Below are positions 7,664 through 16,835 of a stretch of 64,000 nucleotides of DNA, one piece after another. Within the stretch, counting starts at the first letter, position 1; the number at the start of each line of letters is the position of its first letter. Position numbers and translations under genes: made by a program. Source of the stretch: Candidatus Zixiibacteriota bacterium (GTDB lineage Bacteria; Zixibacteria; MSB-5A5; GN15; FEB-12); NCBI GenBank assembly GCA_024278935.1, contig JAJRSF010000003.1:3730-67729 (forward strand), read 5' to 3'. The notes under the pieces were generated by a model. The model was not told where the DNA came from and searched no databases. It saw nothing but the letters and a program-made list of their open reading frames with translations.

Positions 7664-10411
7664 ATGCGTAAAATAATTTTAATTCTCATGCTCTTTGTGT
7701 TTTCTACAGGGCATCTAATGGCGGCAAAAAAAACAATTTCATCGCTACCGTTTACGATCTCATCTTCGAATGCATCACCAAATGATACATTTGTAGTCGC
7801 AACAAACATGACAACATCGGGATCTGCGATAACTGTTTCTGCCGACAATGTTGTCCTTGACTTAAACAACAATACCATAACTTTTGGTACATCAACATCG
7901 AACAGCACAACAGGTATTTTAGTGACCGGTGATAATGTCTCGGTTGAAAATGGAACCCTGACTCACGGCGTAAACTACTCTGCCACTCTTTCCAGAATTC
8001 GTGGTATCGACATGAACAACTGTCGAAACTCTGTTATCAGAAACATGACTGTTATCGTTGGTGGCTATATTCCATCTTCGGTAACCGATGGTGTCAACGG
8101 GATTTTTAATATCTTTGTTGATGGTAGCAATACCTTTATGAATAAAATCGTCAACTGTACATTGACTAGCGAAGTTGTCGGATACTATTACCGTCAGTAC
8201 TGGGTTGCTGCCGCAGTACGTTTGGACAAAGGCTACAACGATGCTCTTATCAACGACATCGAACAAGATTATCATCTTTGGATCTGTTCTACCCAAGTAA
8301 CAAAAACTCCGCACTCCGGATTTTTCTTTTACGGAAACGAAGGTGGCAACTCAGGGGCATTCTGGGCATCGGATAATCATATTACTGTTGATGCAAGAAA
8401 CGATGGACCTTACACTGGCTATCGCTATGGTGAAGCATATGGTATCGCATCTCGTGGCTCCGAACATCTTAGAATCTGGAATAATAGAATCGACTTTGGT
8501 ACTGAATTTTTTGGCGGCATGGGAATCTTTTTAGAAAGAACCGTCCCTGTTGATATTGGCGGTTTCTCTGTCATACACAACAATACTATTATTTCCTCCA
8601 TTGGACCTCTCGATGCAACCGGTACAGGTAATGGCGGTCACTCGACAGGTATCCGTATCAGAATCTGGACAGCCAATTTTAAAATTTATGAAAATGATAT
8701 TACTGTCTATTCCGATTATAGCCCATCTACCCTCTATCGTTGCGGACTCGCCAATGGTATTTTTATGGGATATGACAATGGTGATATTCCGACTGACTCA
8801 ATTTATGTTTACAATAACAGAATCACAACTATCGCAGCCGATGGTGCCGGAGCTGACTGTATCTCTATTATGAGTAACAAAGTAGGCAACCCGGCAGAGT
8901 TTTATAACAACGTCCTTTCAAGTAACGGACATATGTATCATTTTGCGACTGATGGTGGTGGTGCCTATGGTATCAACTCCAAAGCTGATACGATGGTACA
9001 AATTGACAATCTCCCTGGCTTCAGCACTTTCTATCTCGGCGTCAATGGTGTCTCATGGAGTTCGGGTAATAATAAAATCAGCGATGGTGTCTATCTCGCT
9101 GGTGCTAGCGATACCGATATAGGTATGTCAAATTCAGGCAACCAGGATATTACTATTCAGAAAACATTAGATATCAAAGTAATGGGCAATAACGACCAAG
9201 CGGTTACAGGAGCATCAGTCACCGTTGTGAATGGCTACGGACAAACAGTAATGTCAGGACTTACCAATTCTTCAGGACAGTTCTCATCGCCGGTGTCATA
9301 CTGGTTTGCATCACGAACTGCGACTGACTCAACAAACTATAACAACTTCTCACTCACTGTACAAAAAGGTGCCGATACTTATGTTTCCGATTTTGTTGTT
9401 GATAAAGACGTTGTTCTCCCAACTGTTAATTTGTTAAACACGGCAGGTGAAGTTGATTCTATCCCGCCTGACCCTATAGATGATCTCGGATGTTCTCCGG
9501 GTGCCGGCGATGGTAATATCAACTTAGTATGGACTTCAACTGGTGATGATGGCTCTTCTGGAACAGCAATCTTGTATGATATAAAATATTCTACTTCGGT
9601 AATCAATCTTTCTAACTTTGATGGCATATCTGCACGAGCATCAAACCCACCTCTTCCGCTAATTGCTGGTTCTTCGCAGTCGATGACTCTCTCTGGTCTG
9701 ACTCCGGGAACAAACTATTATATCGCAATGAAAATCTATGACGATGGTGGCAATCCATCATTGATTTCAAATGTTGTCAACTGCGAAGCATCGGTCGACA
9801 TTACCACCGGCGGTGGTGACGGTGGCGGTGGAGAGGCTGAAACTTTTACCTCTACCTTACTTGTTCCATCATCAGGGGCAACTGTCATGACCAGTCAACC
9901 AACTTTAGCAGCACAAAACATAACTGCTATCGGAACCAACAATTATTATTTTGAAGTTGCCACCGATGCAAATTTTAATACAATGGAAACAACATCCCCT
10001 GCAGTATTACAAAGTAATTCTAACTTTACCGAATGGCAGGTCGATACAGAACTTCTTACCGACCAAACATATTACTGGCGCGTCCGTGTAAACAATAATC
10101 CGTATTCGGCGGTATCAAATTTTTCATATGCTGCCCTATCGCTTACCGCATCAACAGAATTGATCGCCTATCCAAACCCGGTCAGTTTTACAAATGGTGA
10201 ACAGGTTACATTTTCACCACTCCCGAATTCTTCCGTTGAATTAACAATTCAAACAATTTCCGGCGAAACTGTTTTTCATAAAGTCGGCGTTCTAGATTCT
10301 TGGAAATGGAACGGCTACAACCATGCAGGTTTTAAAGTAGCAACCGGAACTTATCTTTGGTATCTCCAAGTTGACAGCGACACATATTCGGGAAAAATCG
10401 TTAATAAATAA
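7664..10411 (+). CDS. Secreted multidomain protein: right-handed parallel beta-helix, CarboxypepD_reg-like domain, FN3-like module, Ig-like module and a divergent T9SS-type C-terminal domain
   Basis: Signal peptide MRKIILILMLFVFSTGHLMA. Repeated beta-helix rungs (IWNNRIDF, IHNNTIIS, IYENDITV, VYNNRITT, FYNNVLSS). Also VTVVNGYGQTVMSGLTNSSGQF; FN3-like LVWTSTGDDGSSGTAILYDIKYS...GTNYYIAMKIYDDGGN; a Gly-rich linker; and a C-terminal AYPNPVSF...GTYLWYLQVDSDTYSGKIVNK. AGGAGG RBS. Confidence 0.75.
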   Translation: MRKIILILMLFVFSTGHLMAAKKTISSLPFTISSSNASPNDTFVVATNMTTSGSAITVSADNVVLDLNNNTITFGTSTSNSTTGILVTGDNVSVENGTLTHGVNYSATLSRIRGIDMNNCRNSVIRNMTVIVGGYIPSSVTDGVNGIFNIFVDGSNTFMNKIVNCTLTSEVVGYYYRQYWVAAAVRLDKGYNDALINDIEQDYHLWICSTQVTKTPHSGFFFYGNEGGNSGAFWASDNHITVDARNDGPYTGYRYGEAYGIASRGSEHLRIWNNRIDFGTEFFGGMGIFLERTVPVDIGGFSVIHNNTIISSIGPLDATGTGNGGHSTGIRIRIWTANFKIYENDITVYSDYSPSTLYRCGLANGIFMGYDNGDIPTDSIYVYNNRITTIAADGAGADCISIMSNKVGNPAEFYNNVLSSNGHMYHFATDGGGAYGINSKADTMVQIDNLPGFSTFYLGVNGVSWSSGNNKISDGVYLAGASDTDIGMSNSGNQDITIQKTLDIKVMGNNDQAVTGASVTVVNGYGQTVMSGLTNSSGQFSSPVSYWFASRTATDSTNYNNFSLTVQKGADTYVSDFVVDKDVVLPTVNLLNTAGEVDSIPPDPIDDLGCSPGAGDGNINLVWTSTGDDGSSGTAILYDIKYSTSVINLSNFDGISARASNPPLPLIAGSSQSMTLSGLTPGTNYYIAMKIYDDGGNPSLISNVVNCEASVDITTGGGDGGGGEAETFTSTLLVPSSGATVMTSQPTLAAQNITAIGTNNYYFEVATDANFNTMETTSPAVLQSNSNFTEWQVDTELLTDQTYYWRVRVNNNPYSAVSNFSYAALSLTASTELIAYPNPVSFTNGEQVTFSPLPNSSVELTIQTISGETVFHKVGVLDSWKWNGYNHAGFKVATGTYLWYLQVDSDTYSGKIVNK

Positions 10412-11072
10412 TTTCATTTTTGAAAACATACTTGTAATAAACAAAACTCTCTGCCTGCCTACGCTTGCCTTTAGAACAAATACAAATCGTATCAATTATT
10501 TCTATGATGCTTGCTCAGCCTCTGAAAAAACTGACTTGGTTATAATCATAACTAAGTGTTATCAATTCAAGGACTTACTGTCTGACTGTATCAAAGAGCA
10601 GATCTGTCAACTGAATGTCTATGACACCCGAAATATATACAACACAATTACAATTCGTCAGTTTGGCTTCCAAAATATTTGCAACGGAAGACCAGTCGAG
10701 TAATTTTTTTCATACTCCATTTTTATAAAAACCAGAATTTTATTCTGGAAAATCACCCAAAGCTATTTCCCCATATACAGTTATCAGAGACCTTAAACAA
10801 TAGGTACAATAACGTACTTTTTAACATATTAAAGTAGCATAACGGACAGATGATGTACATTATTTGAATTTTCTACTAATTTTATCTTCTTTTGAAAATG
10901 GACTATGTTTAAAAGAAATTCTATCACATTGAAAGACAAAACCTTATAATTTTATGGAAAATTACGCTTGCGGGCTCAATACTTGAGATGTAATCTACGC
11001 AAAATCTTCCACTCCAATCTTTTCGTTGGTGTGTGAGAACTAATTATAAGATGAAAGTGTTTTTGTTAGAAA

Positions 11073-11654
11073 ATGAAAAAAATTAGACAATTCACAACAA
11101 TCGGAATTCTTCTCGGAGTTGTGAGCATTATATTCAATCTGAACAACATTAACAGTTTTATCTCACAGTCAGATTACACCCTAAACTCTAATCCTGAAGT
11201 AGCATTGGAAGCTACAAGCAATTCAAACGAAACAGCCTCTCCCGTAGTTTTTGAAAGTAAAAGGACTTTTACAGAATCGAATGTCACTACAGTTTTAGTA
11301 GCCGACCAACCATATCGCACACGGGCAAGAGCCAACTGTAAACCAAACTCATCTCAACATTCTATCTATTTGGCGAAAGTATCACAAAACAGATCAATCG
11401 ATAATATCGCCAATCCTAATCCGATCAATTCATCTAATGGCAAGCATCTTAATTTTCCGCCTCTTCCCAATAGTTCAGTTGAATTTACAATCCACACGAC
11501 AACCGACGAAATTGTTTTACACAAAATTATCTTGTTAACTTCACCGCACTGGAATAAATCCTCTGCCGTAAATCATACAATTTCATCCGGTACTTACTTA
11601 CGGTATCTCAAAATTGACAACAATAATTACTTCGAAAGCATTATTAACATATAA
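11073..11654 (+). pseudogene. Decayed chimeric remnant: N-terminus paralogous to ORF 6444, C-terminus paralogous to the last ~140 aa of ORF 7664
   Basis: MKKIRQFTTIGILLGVVSIIFNLNNINSFISQSDYTLNS aligns with MKKFIIIATLGILIGIAGVTYKLNKMNAFIWLPDYITNS. ...ANPNPINSSNGKHLNFPPLPNSSVEFTIHTTTDEIVLHK...GTYLRYLKIDNNNY aligns with AYPNPVSFTNGEQVTFSPLPNSSVELTIQTISGETVFHK...GTYLWYLQVDSDTY. The upstream leaders also align. Confidence 0.55.
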
Positions 11655-11910
11655 ATTCTTACTCTTTACTTTTGTTTGGATACTGAATAAACTTTTTGCA
11701 TTTACCCTGCTATTTAAGGTCTGTGCAATTTTCTCCTACTGTTCATATTTCAGACAGATATTGAGAGACTTTTCCCGTTTTCTCTTAACACAAAAACCCC
11801 CTAATACTATCCCTATCAACCACTTCCTTTTTTGTTTCAATTTGGAACAGCAATTGCATTCAAATTGGAGTCGACTGAAAAGGTATTATTATTTTAAACT
11901 GGAGGTATGA

Positions 11911-13626
11911 GTGAAATCATCCCAAAGTAACATCAGCATCATCAGGCTTCTATTAACGATCACAATGGCAGCCACATTTTTAATGCTTCTCCCTATGGAA
12001 TCATTCGGGCAAACTAAATCGATCACCTTAAATTGGACCGCACCCGGAGATGACGGCTCAATAGGTACAGCAACCGCCTACGACATTCGCTACTCAACAT
12101 CATTGATCACCGATGCCAACTGGAATGCTGCTACCCAAGTTACAAACGAACCTGCTCCGCAAATTGCTGGCTCAACAGAATCATTTATAATCGACTCACT
12201 TGAAGCAAGCACAACCTACTACTTTTCAATTAAAGCATCCGATGAAGCATCTAACTGGTCCGACTTATCAAATGTCATATCAAAATCGACCGATGCAGAG
12301 TCTATCGCCCCAGCCCTTGTCGCTGACCTTTCAACAGGAGCTATTACGACATCATCGATAGTTCTCGAATGGACTTCCGTTGGCGATGACAGCTTAACAG
12401 GTACTGCCTCGCAATATGATATCAGATACAGCACATCTGTAATCACCGATGCCAACTTCTTATCTGCCACTCCTGTAACAGGGGAACCCTCTCCGCAAGT
12501 TTCAGGAAGTTCAGAGTCGTTTACCGTTACCGGCTTATCATTGAACACCCAATATTACTTTGCTTTGCGAACAGCCGATGATGTACCAAACTGGTCTGGG
12601 ATTTCTAACGTAACCTATGTTTCAACATTAAATGAAAGCACAGCACCAACCGCTATTGCTTCATTAGCGATCACAGACACATCTGATAATTCAATCACTC
12701 TGTCATGGACAGCAAGTGGTGATGACGGAAACGTTGGTCAAGCATCTGCATATGAAATCAGATACTCGACATCGCTTATTACAAGCCAAAACTGGAGTTC
12801 AGCAACTCTTGTCAACAACCCACCATCACCACAAACAGCAGGAACAACAGAGTCATTTGTTGTTATCGGTCTTATTCAGGAAGTCACTTATTATTTTGCT
12901 CTCATCGTAGCCGATGAAGTCCCTAACTGGTCAACGCTATCAAACGTTGTTACGACAACAACTTTAGATTTAACAACTCCATCTACCATTATGGATCTAT
13001 CAGCAGTCACCGGTGAAGTAAACGGAACTATCGGTTTAAGCTGGACAGCACCCGACAATAACAACATGAACGGTACCGTAGCCGTTTACGAAATTAGATA
13101 TTCACAAGCAGAGATCACAGATTTGAACTGGTCTGAAACCTCCTTACTATTAACTCCCCCGTCGCCTTTACAGGCGGGGGAGCAGCAATCAACAATTTTG
13201 ACTGGGCTAACCCCCGGTCAAAATTATTTTACTGCGATAAAATCTTATGATAGCAGTGGCAACAGTTCAACAATTTCAAACATTTCTTCAGCCGAAGCAG
13301 CTTTTATTTTGGCGACAGATATCGATGACACCGAATATAATTTACCTACTGAATTTGCTCTCGCTCAAAATTATCCAAACCCATTTAACCCAAGCACAAC
13401 TATCGGCTTTTCATTACCGACATCATCTTATGTGGAATTAAAAGTTTATAATATTGAGGGGAAAGTCGTTAAGACTTTAGTTGACCAACAACTTGCTGCC
13501 GGCGAACATTCTTTTGAATGGGATGCTACCAACTCAAGTGGCTCTAAAATTACAACCGGTATCTATATCTACCGAATCGAAACCGAAACATTTTCTACAA
13601 CAAAAAAGATGCTTCTTTTAAAGTAA
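11911..13626 (+). CDS. Secreted protein with four tandem FN3-like modules and a canonical T9SS (Por) C-terminal sorting domain
   Basis: GTG start 6 nt after GGAGG, with a signal peptide. Four ~100-aa repeats each carry W(T/S)xxGDDGxxGxAxxY(D/E)IRYS. C-terminal NYPNPFNPSTTIGFSLP...GIYIYRIETETFSTTKKMLLLK. Confidence 0.8.
   Translation: MKSSQSNISIIRLLLTITMAATFLMLLPMESFGQTKSITLNWTAPGDDGSIGTATAYDIRYSTSLITDANWNAATQVTNEPAPQIAGSTESFIIDSLEASTTYYFSIKASDEASNWSDLSNVISKSTDAESIAPALVADLSTGAITTSSIVLEWTSVGDDSLTGTASQYDIRYSTSVITDANFLSATPVTGEPSPQVSGSSESFTVTGLSLNTQYYFALRTADDVPNWSGISNVTYVSTLNESTAPTAIASLAITDTSDNSITLSWTASGDDGNVGQASAYEIRYSTSLITSQNWSSATLVNNPPSPQTAGTTESFVVIGLIQEVTYYFALIVADEVPNWSTLSNVVTTTTLDLTTPSTIMDLSAVTGEVNGTIGLSWTAPDNNNMNGTVAVYEIRYSQAEITDLNWSETSLLLTPPSPLQAGEQQSTILTGLTPGQNYFTAIKSYDSSGNSSTISNISSAEAAFILATDIDDTEYNLPTEFALAQNYPNPFNPSTTIGFSLPTSSYVELKVYNIEGKVVKTLVDQQLAAGEHSFEWDATNSSGSKITTGIYIYRIETETFSTTKKMLLLK
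12016..13290 (+). repeat. Tandem array of four ~300-nt coding repeats (FN3-like modules)
   Basis: Repeat anchors: ITLNWTAPGDDGSIGTATAYDIRYSTS, IVLEWTSVGDDSLTGTASQYDIRYSTS, ITLSWTASGDDGNVGQASAYEIRYSTS and IGLSWTAPDNNNMNGTVAVYEIRYSQA. Confidence 0.8.
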
Positions 13627-13648
13627 TCCATAAGGCAGATAAAAATTA

Positions 13649-14251
13649 TTATGAAGTTTTTTGGGCAGTAGGTAAAAGACGAGCAGGGTTTCCCATCGCC
13701 ATATTATTATCAGGTATTTCGTTTGTCACAACTGCTCCAACACCAACGATACAATTATTTCCGACCGATGCCGAAATAATTGCCCCTTCTCCAATCCAAG
13801 TCTCTTCCCCAATAACAACCAATTTATTGACCCCGGCATGCGCATAACCGTTTGTAATATTTGCTGAACTGCCATGTTGATGAAGCCCGGATATTATAGA
13901 AACTCTGCTTGCTATCCGTACCGATTTTTTTATCTCGGCAAGTCCTATAATACAGTAGGCACCTATACCGACATTGGCATGGATCCTTGCTCCTCTTTTT
14001 GACAAAAAAGAACCATAGCTTACAATTGCTGTAGGATGAAAAGAATCTAGGGGGAGCATATAATAAACTCTACGGACATTATCTCCGAGAAAGCCTGGAA
14101 CCATCGCAGCAACATGCGCCCCGATTGTAAAAAAGAAATCATAACTTGTCAGATTTTTTTCAATTACAGATAAGATTCCAAACGGAAGTATCAGTACGAC
14201 CAATGGAAGCGACAGAATAAATATCATGAGTTTACAAATAGACTTAAGCAT
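13649..14251 (-). CDS. Membrane-anchored hexapeptide-repeat acyltransferase, paralogue 3 (last gene of the carrier-protein operon)
   Basis: 200 aa with N-terminal TM helices and LbH repeats (IHANVGIGAYCIIGLAEI..., IGEETWIGEGAIISASVGNNCIVGVGAVV, MAMGNPARLL). Alignable with 4971-5555 and 5606-6217. Confidence 0.8.
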   Translation of the reverse strand: MLKSICKLMIFILSLPLVVLILPFGILSVIEKNLTSYDFFFTIGAHVAAMVPGFLGDNVRRVYYMLPLDSFHPTAIVSYGSFLSKRGARIHANVGIGAYCIIGLAEIKKSVRIASRVSIISGLHQHGSSANITNGYAHAGVNKLVVIGEETWIGEGAIISASVGNNCIVGVGAVVTNEIPDNNMAMGNPARLLPTAQKTS

Positions 14252-14265
14252 AGAACTCTAATTCA

Positions 14266-15279
14266 TTAATAAACGTCCAGGTAAAAAGAATCAACTTCTT
14301 TTATACCATCAGGTAAAACATTTTCTTTTAATGGTGCAATATAAAGATTTAACTCCCGAGGTGCTAATCTAAAACGAAATTTTTTAAACAGTGCTATATT
14401 AGTGTAACCGATATTTGGCATAAAAGCAGTATAGAAATTATCTTTTTGTAAATCCAACATTACATCGCCGATAAATTCTTCTATTGCATCATCCGGCATA
14501 TCACCAAAGGAGACATTATCAAAATAAATATTTGTTTTATTATCATTATCAACTTCTAATACTTCAAGCTTTAAAATATTTATAAACCCACACACTTTAT
14601 TATCTTTTTCATAGAGATACGTCTTACAATGAGGGCGATCTATAAATATAAAAGAAAAATCTTCATCAGGTATTTTTTTATACAACTTCGTGTTTGTTCC
14701 AACAGCATTAATCAATGGCTTAAGTTTCTCAATATCATCTTGAATAGCAATTCGAGTATTACCCGATGGTTTTTCAGGAAGAACCGGTTTGACAAATTCA
14801 TTCACAGCAGCAGCATAGCGACAGACATTCACAACTTTCACAGGAAGATTCATTCTTTTAAATATTTTTTCAACCGCATAATTCGAAACAGCACCGACTT
14901 CGCACATTGTTATATAAAGGTCGTACCCTTTTTCTCTCGCCTTCTCAATCAAGGCTCCCTGTTGAGGACCGCCTAGACCTCTGCCTTGAAAATCAGCTGA
15001 GACTGTTAAGAAACTGGCAAATACTGCTTTGTAGCTTTTGTCAAAATATTGTACGTCAAAAGGCATGTATGCTTGAAACGAAGCTACCTGACCATCCTCT
15101 GAAATCTGTGCGACATTTAGTTCCGAGTCGCCGCTTGGACGGTTGATATGCAATCCGAGAAGACCTTCATCATAATTCCAACATGGTCTCCCCCAGGTAT
15201 TGCAAATAAGTTCAGATATTTTTTTTAAATCCGGTCCATACTCAAATGTGAATCCTTTTGCTGGTTCCATGGCTAACAC
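14266..15279 (-). CDS. Large GNAT-like (possibly double-domain, FemAB/CelD-like) acyl- or aminoacyl-transferase
   Basis: 337 aa. Acetyl-CoA/acyl-binding-type motif FQGRGLGGPQQGALIEKAREKGY. Its start overlaps the stop of the upstream ligase by 7 nt. The assignment to a transferase superfamily is tentative. Confidence 0.5.
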   Translation of the reverse strand: MLAMEPAKGFTFEYGPDLKKISELICNTWGRPCWNYDEGLLGLHINRPSGDSELNVAQISEDGQVASFQAYMPFDVQYFDKSYKAVFASFLTVSADFQGRGLGGPQQGALIEKAREKGYDLYITMCEVGAVSNYAVEKIFKRMNLPVKVVNVCRYAAAVNEFVKPVLPEKPSGNTRIAIQDDIEKLKPLINAVGTNTKLYKKIPDEDFSFIFIDRPHCKTYLYEKDNKVCGFINILKLEVLEVDNDNKTNIYFDNVSFGDMPDDAIEEFIGDVMLDLQKDNFYTAFMPNIGYTNIALFKKFRFRLAPRELNLYIAPLKENVLPDGIKEVDSFYLDVY

Positions 15280-16472
15280 CTTTCTCCTAATAATTCTTCA
15301 GAAGCGATTTGTAATCTTTCTAATGCTTTCCCGGCACCTATTTGGGCGTACACCGCATACACTAATCGTTCAAGTCCAAAGGCAGCACATCCGGTATGGA
15401 CATCCTCGCCATCTTCGGTTGTAATAGAAAAATTCGACCCGAAGAAATTTTCATGATAGTTAAACGATGATGCTGCGATTGATTTTGTTTCAGATATATT
15501 TAAGTTCAGTTCATATTTTAATTCATTTGCGAGTTGAAAAAACCGAAGTGATTTAAATTCTGTTGAGAAAAACGGATCCGAGGCTCTTTCTATCGACGCT
15601 GTCAAATCTAGAATTTCTATTAGACGCCAAATTATTTCCATACTCTCTTTACGTGCGTCGATTACTTTTTCTTTGTCACCGACAAAAATAATTTCACGCA
15701 TAGAAAATTCCCAAAGCCTGTCTAAGTCAGTTATGTTTTTAGATTCATACCTGAAACAACTACCCATTGCGGTAAACACTTTCAGACCTTCATCAAGTGA
15801 ATCAAATTGCATTCCCTCTAATGCCCCATAGGCATGATAACAGACAGCAGGCGACAAACAATATTCGGGAGTAGCGATTTCATCTATTGATTGTAAATGT
15901 AGTGGTTCGTGTTTTCTATGACGTTCCGCAAAGGCATCAAGTTGTTCTAAATCTTCTACCAAGTGAAACGTAAATGTTAATGAATGAGCAAACGATGTAA
16001 AATATCCTGCTCGTCTAAGCCAATCGGATGGGATAAGTGTTGCGTATGTACGTGGCTTTGCTTTATACTTTAGAACACCAAGCTTTTCAAAAAATGTATC
16101 AAAGGCTAAGAGCAGATTTAAAAACTCACCACCTTTGGCAATGACTCCGGTACCCTCTTTAAATAAATCACCTTGTTCACAAAGTTTTTCATATACATTT
16201 GTATTATACGAGTTATCTGAACGAACTCTTTCTTTAATTACTTTAGGCTGTACTACAAGTCGTTCACTTTTCATCTTATCAACTAACTGTTCGACTTTTT
16301 TATTTATAACTTCAAGTTCGCCATTTTGTGCGATTTCAACAATGAGAGATTTCGAAGATTGTTCAAATTGTGTCGATAAAATCAGCTCATCACAATAGCA
16401 GGCTCGTTTCATAATTTCTTTGCAGATATCGTCAGGTAATTTTTCAGGGAATATTATTTTAAAATTTTTCAT
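15273..16472 (-). CDS. Class II aminoacyl-tRNA-synthetase-like amino acid:[carrier protein] ligase (SerRS-core homologue without a tRNA-binding arm)
   Basis: Motif 2 is GSCFRYESKNITDLDRLWEFSMREIIFVG and motif 3 is TGCAAFGLERLVYAVY. Candidate Zn ligands are Cys in SPAVCYHAY, Glu in MREII and Cys in TGCAAF. A 77-aa carrier protein gene lies 2 nt upstream. Confidence 0.7.
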   Translation of the reverse strand: MKNFKIIFPEKLPDDICKEIMKRACYCDELILSTQFEQSSKSLIVEIAQNGELEVINKKVEQLVDKMKSERLVVQPKVIKERVRSDNSYNTNVYEKLCEQGDLFKEGTGVIAKGGEFLNLLLAFDTFFEKLGVLKYKAKPRTYATLIPSDWLRRAGYFTSFAHSLTFTFHLVEDLEQLDAFAERHRKHEPLHLQSIDEIATPEYCLSPAVCYHAYGALEGMQFDSLDEGLKVFTAMGSCFRYESKNITDLDRLWEFSMREIIFVGDKEKVIDARKESMEIIWRLIEILDLTASIERASDPFFSTEFKSLRFFQLANELKYELNLNISETKSIAASSFNYHENFFGSNFSITTEDGEDVHTGCAAFGLERLVYAVYAQIGAGKALERLQIASEELLGERC

Positions 16473-16474
16473 AA

Positions 16475-16708
16475 TTATAACCTAACAAGCTCTACAAGTT
16501 TTGTTAATGTTCTCGCTTGAATATATGCATTGTCATCGATTGATATATTAAATTTATCTTCAAGTGCTAAAAGAATAGAAATAGCATTGACAGATTCAAC
16601 ACCAAGCTCTGTATAGATATCGCTTTCAGGTGGAATATCACCTTCTATTTTACCAATCTCTTTCAAGATTGCGATAATTTCAAATGTACATGATTCTACA
16701 GTTTGCAC
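16475..16708 (-). CDS. Acyl/aminoacyl carrier protein (phosphopantetheine attachment type)
   Basis: 77 aa, acidic, with a four-helix-like pattern. Attachment-site-like LGVESVNAISILLALEDKF. First gene of the minus-strand operon. Confidence 0.75.
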   Translation of the reverse strand: MQTVESCTFEIIAILKEIGKIEGDIPPESDIYTELGVESVNAISILLALEDKFNISIDDNAYIQARTLTKLVELVRL

Positions 16709-16835
16709 TAAATTTTCCCTTTAATTTCTATATACATATATTCGGTGATGTTGCTATAATATTTACTAAATTACTCTATATTAAATAGAGATTAAATTTC
16801 ACTATAAAATATATACATTTTACATCTTAAATCAT

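Noticed and set aside
10371-10720. Possible small gene or gene relic in the 660-nt gap after the beta-helix gene (plus-strand 110-aa ORF; minus-strand fragments such as KKLLDWSSVANILEAKLTNCNCVVYISGVIDIQLTDLLFDTVRQ*)
   Set aside because: Both strands give only short, stop-interrupted frames. No start/RBS combination yields a convincing protein even when a homopolymer error in the A7 run is allowed for. It may be a decayed gene, but I cannot assign it.
10141-11654. Diversity-generating retroelement (VR/TR) explanation for the similarity between the 3' end of ORF 7664 and ORF 11073
   Set aside because: No reverse transcriptase is present in the window. The differences between the two copies are spread over all four bases and include indels, not adenine-specific substitutions. 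The homology also extends to the N-terminal and leader region of a different gene (6444), which fits duplication plus deletion instead.
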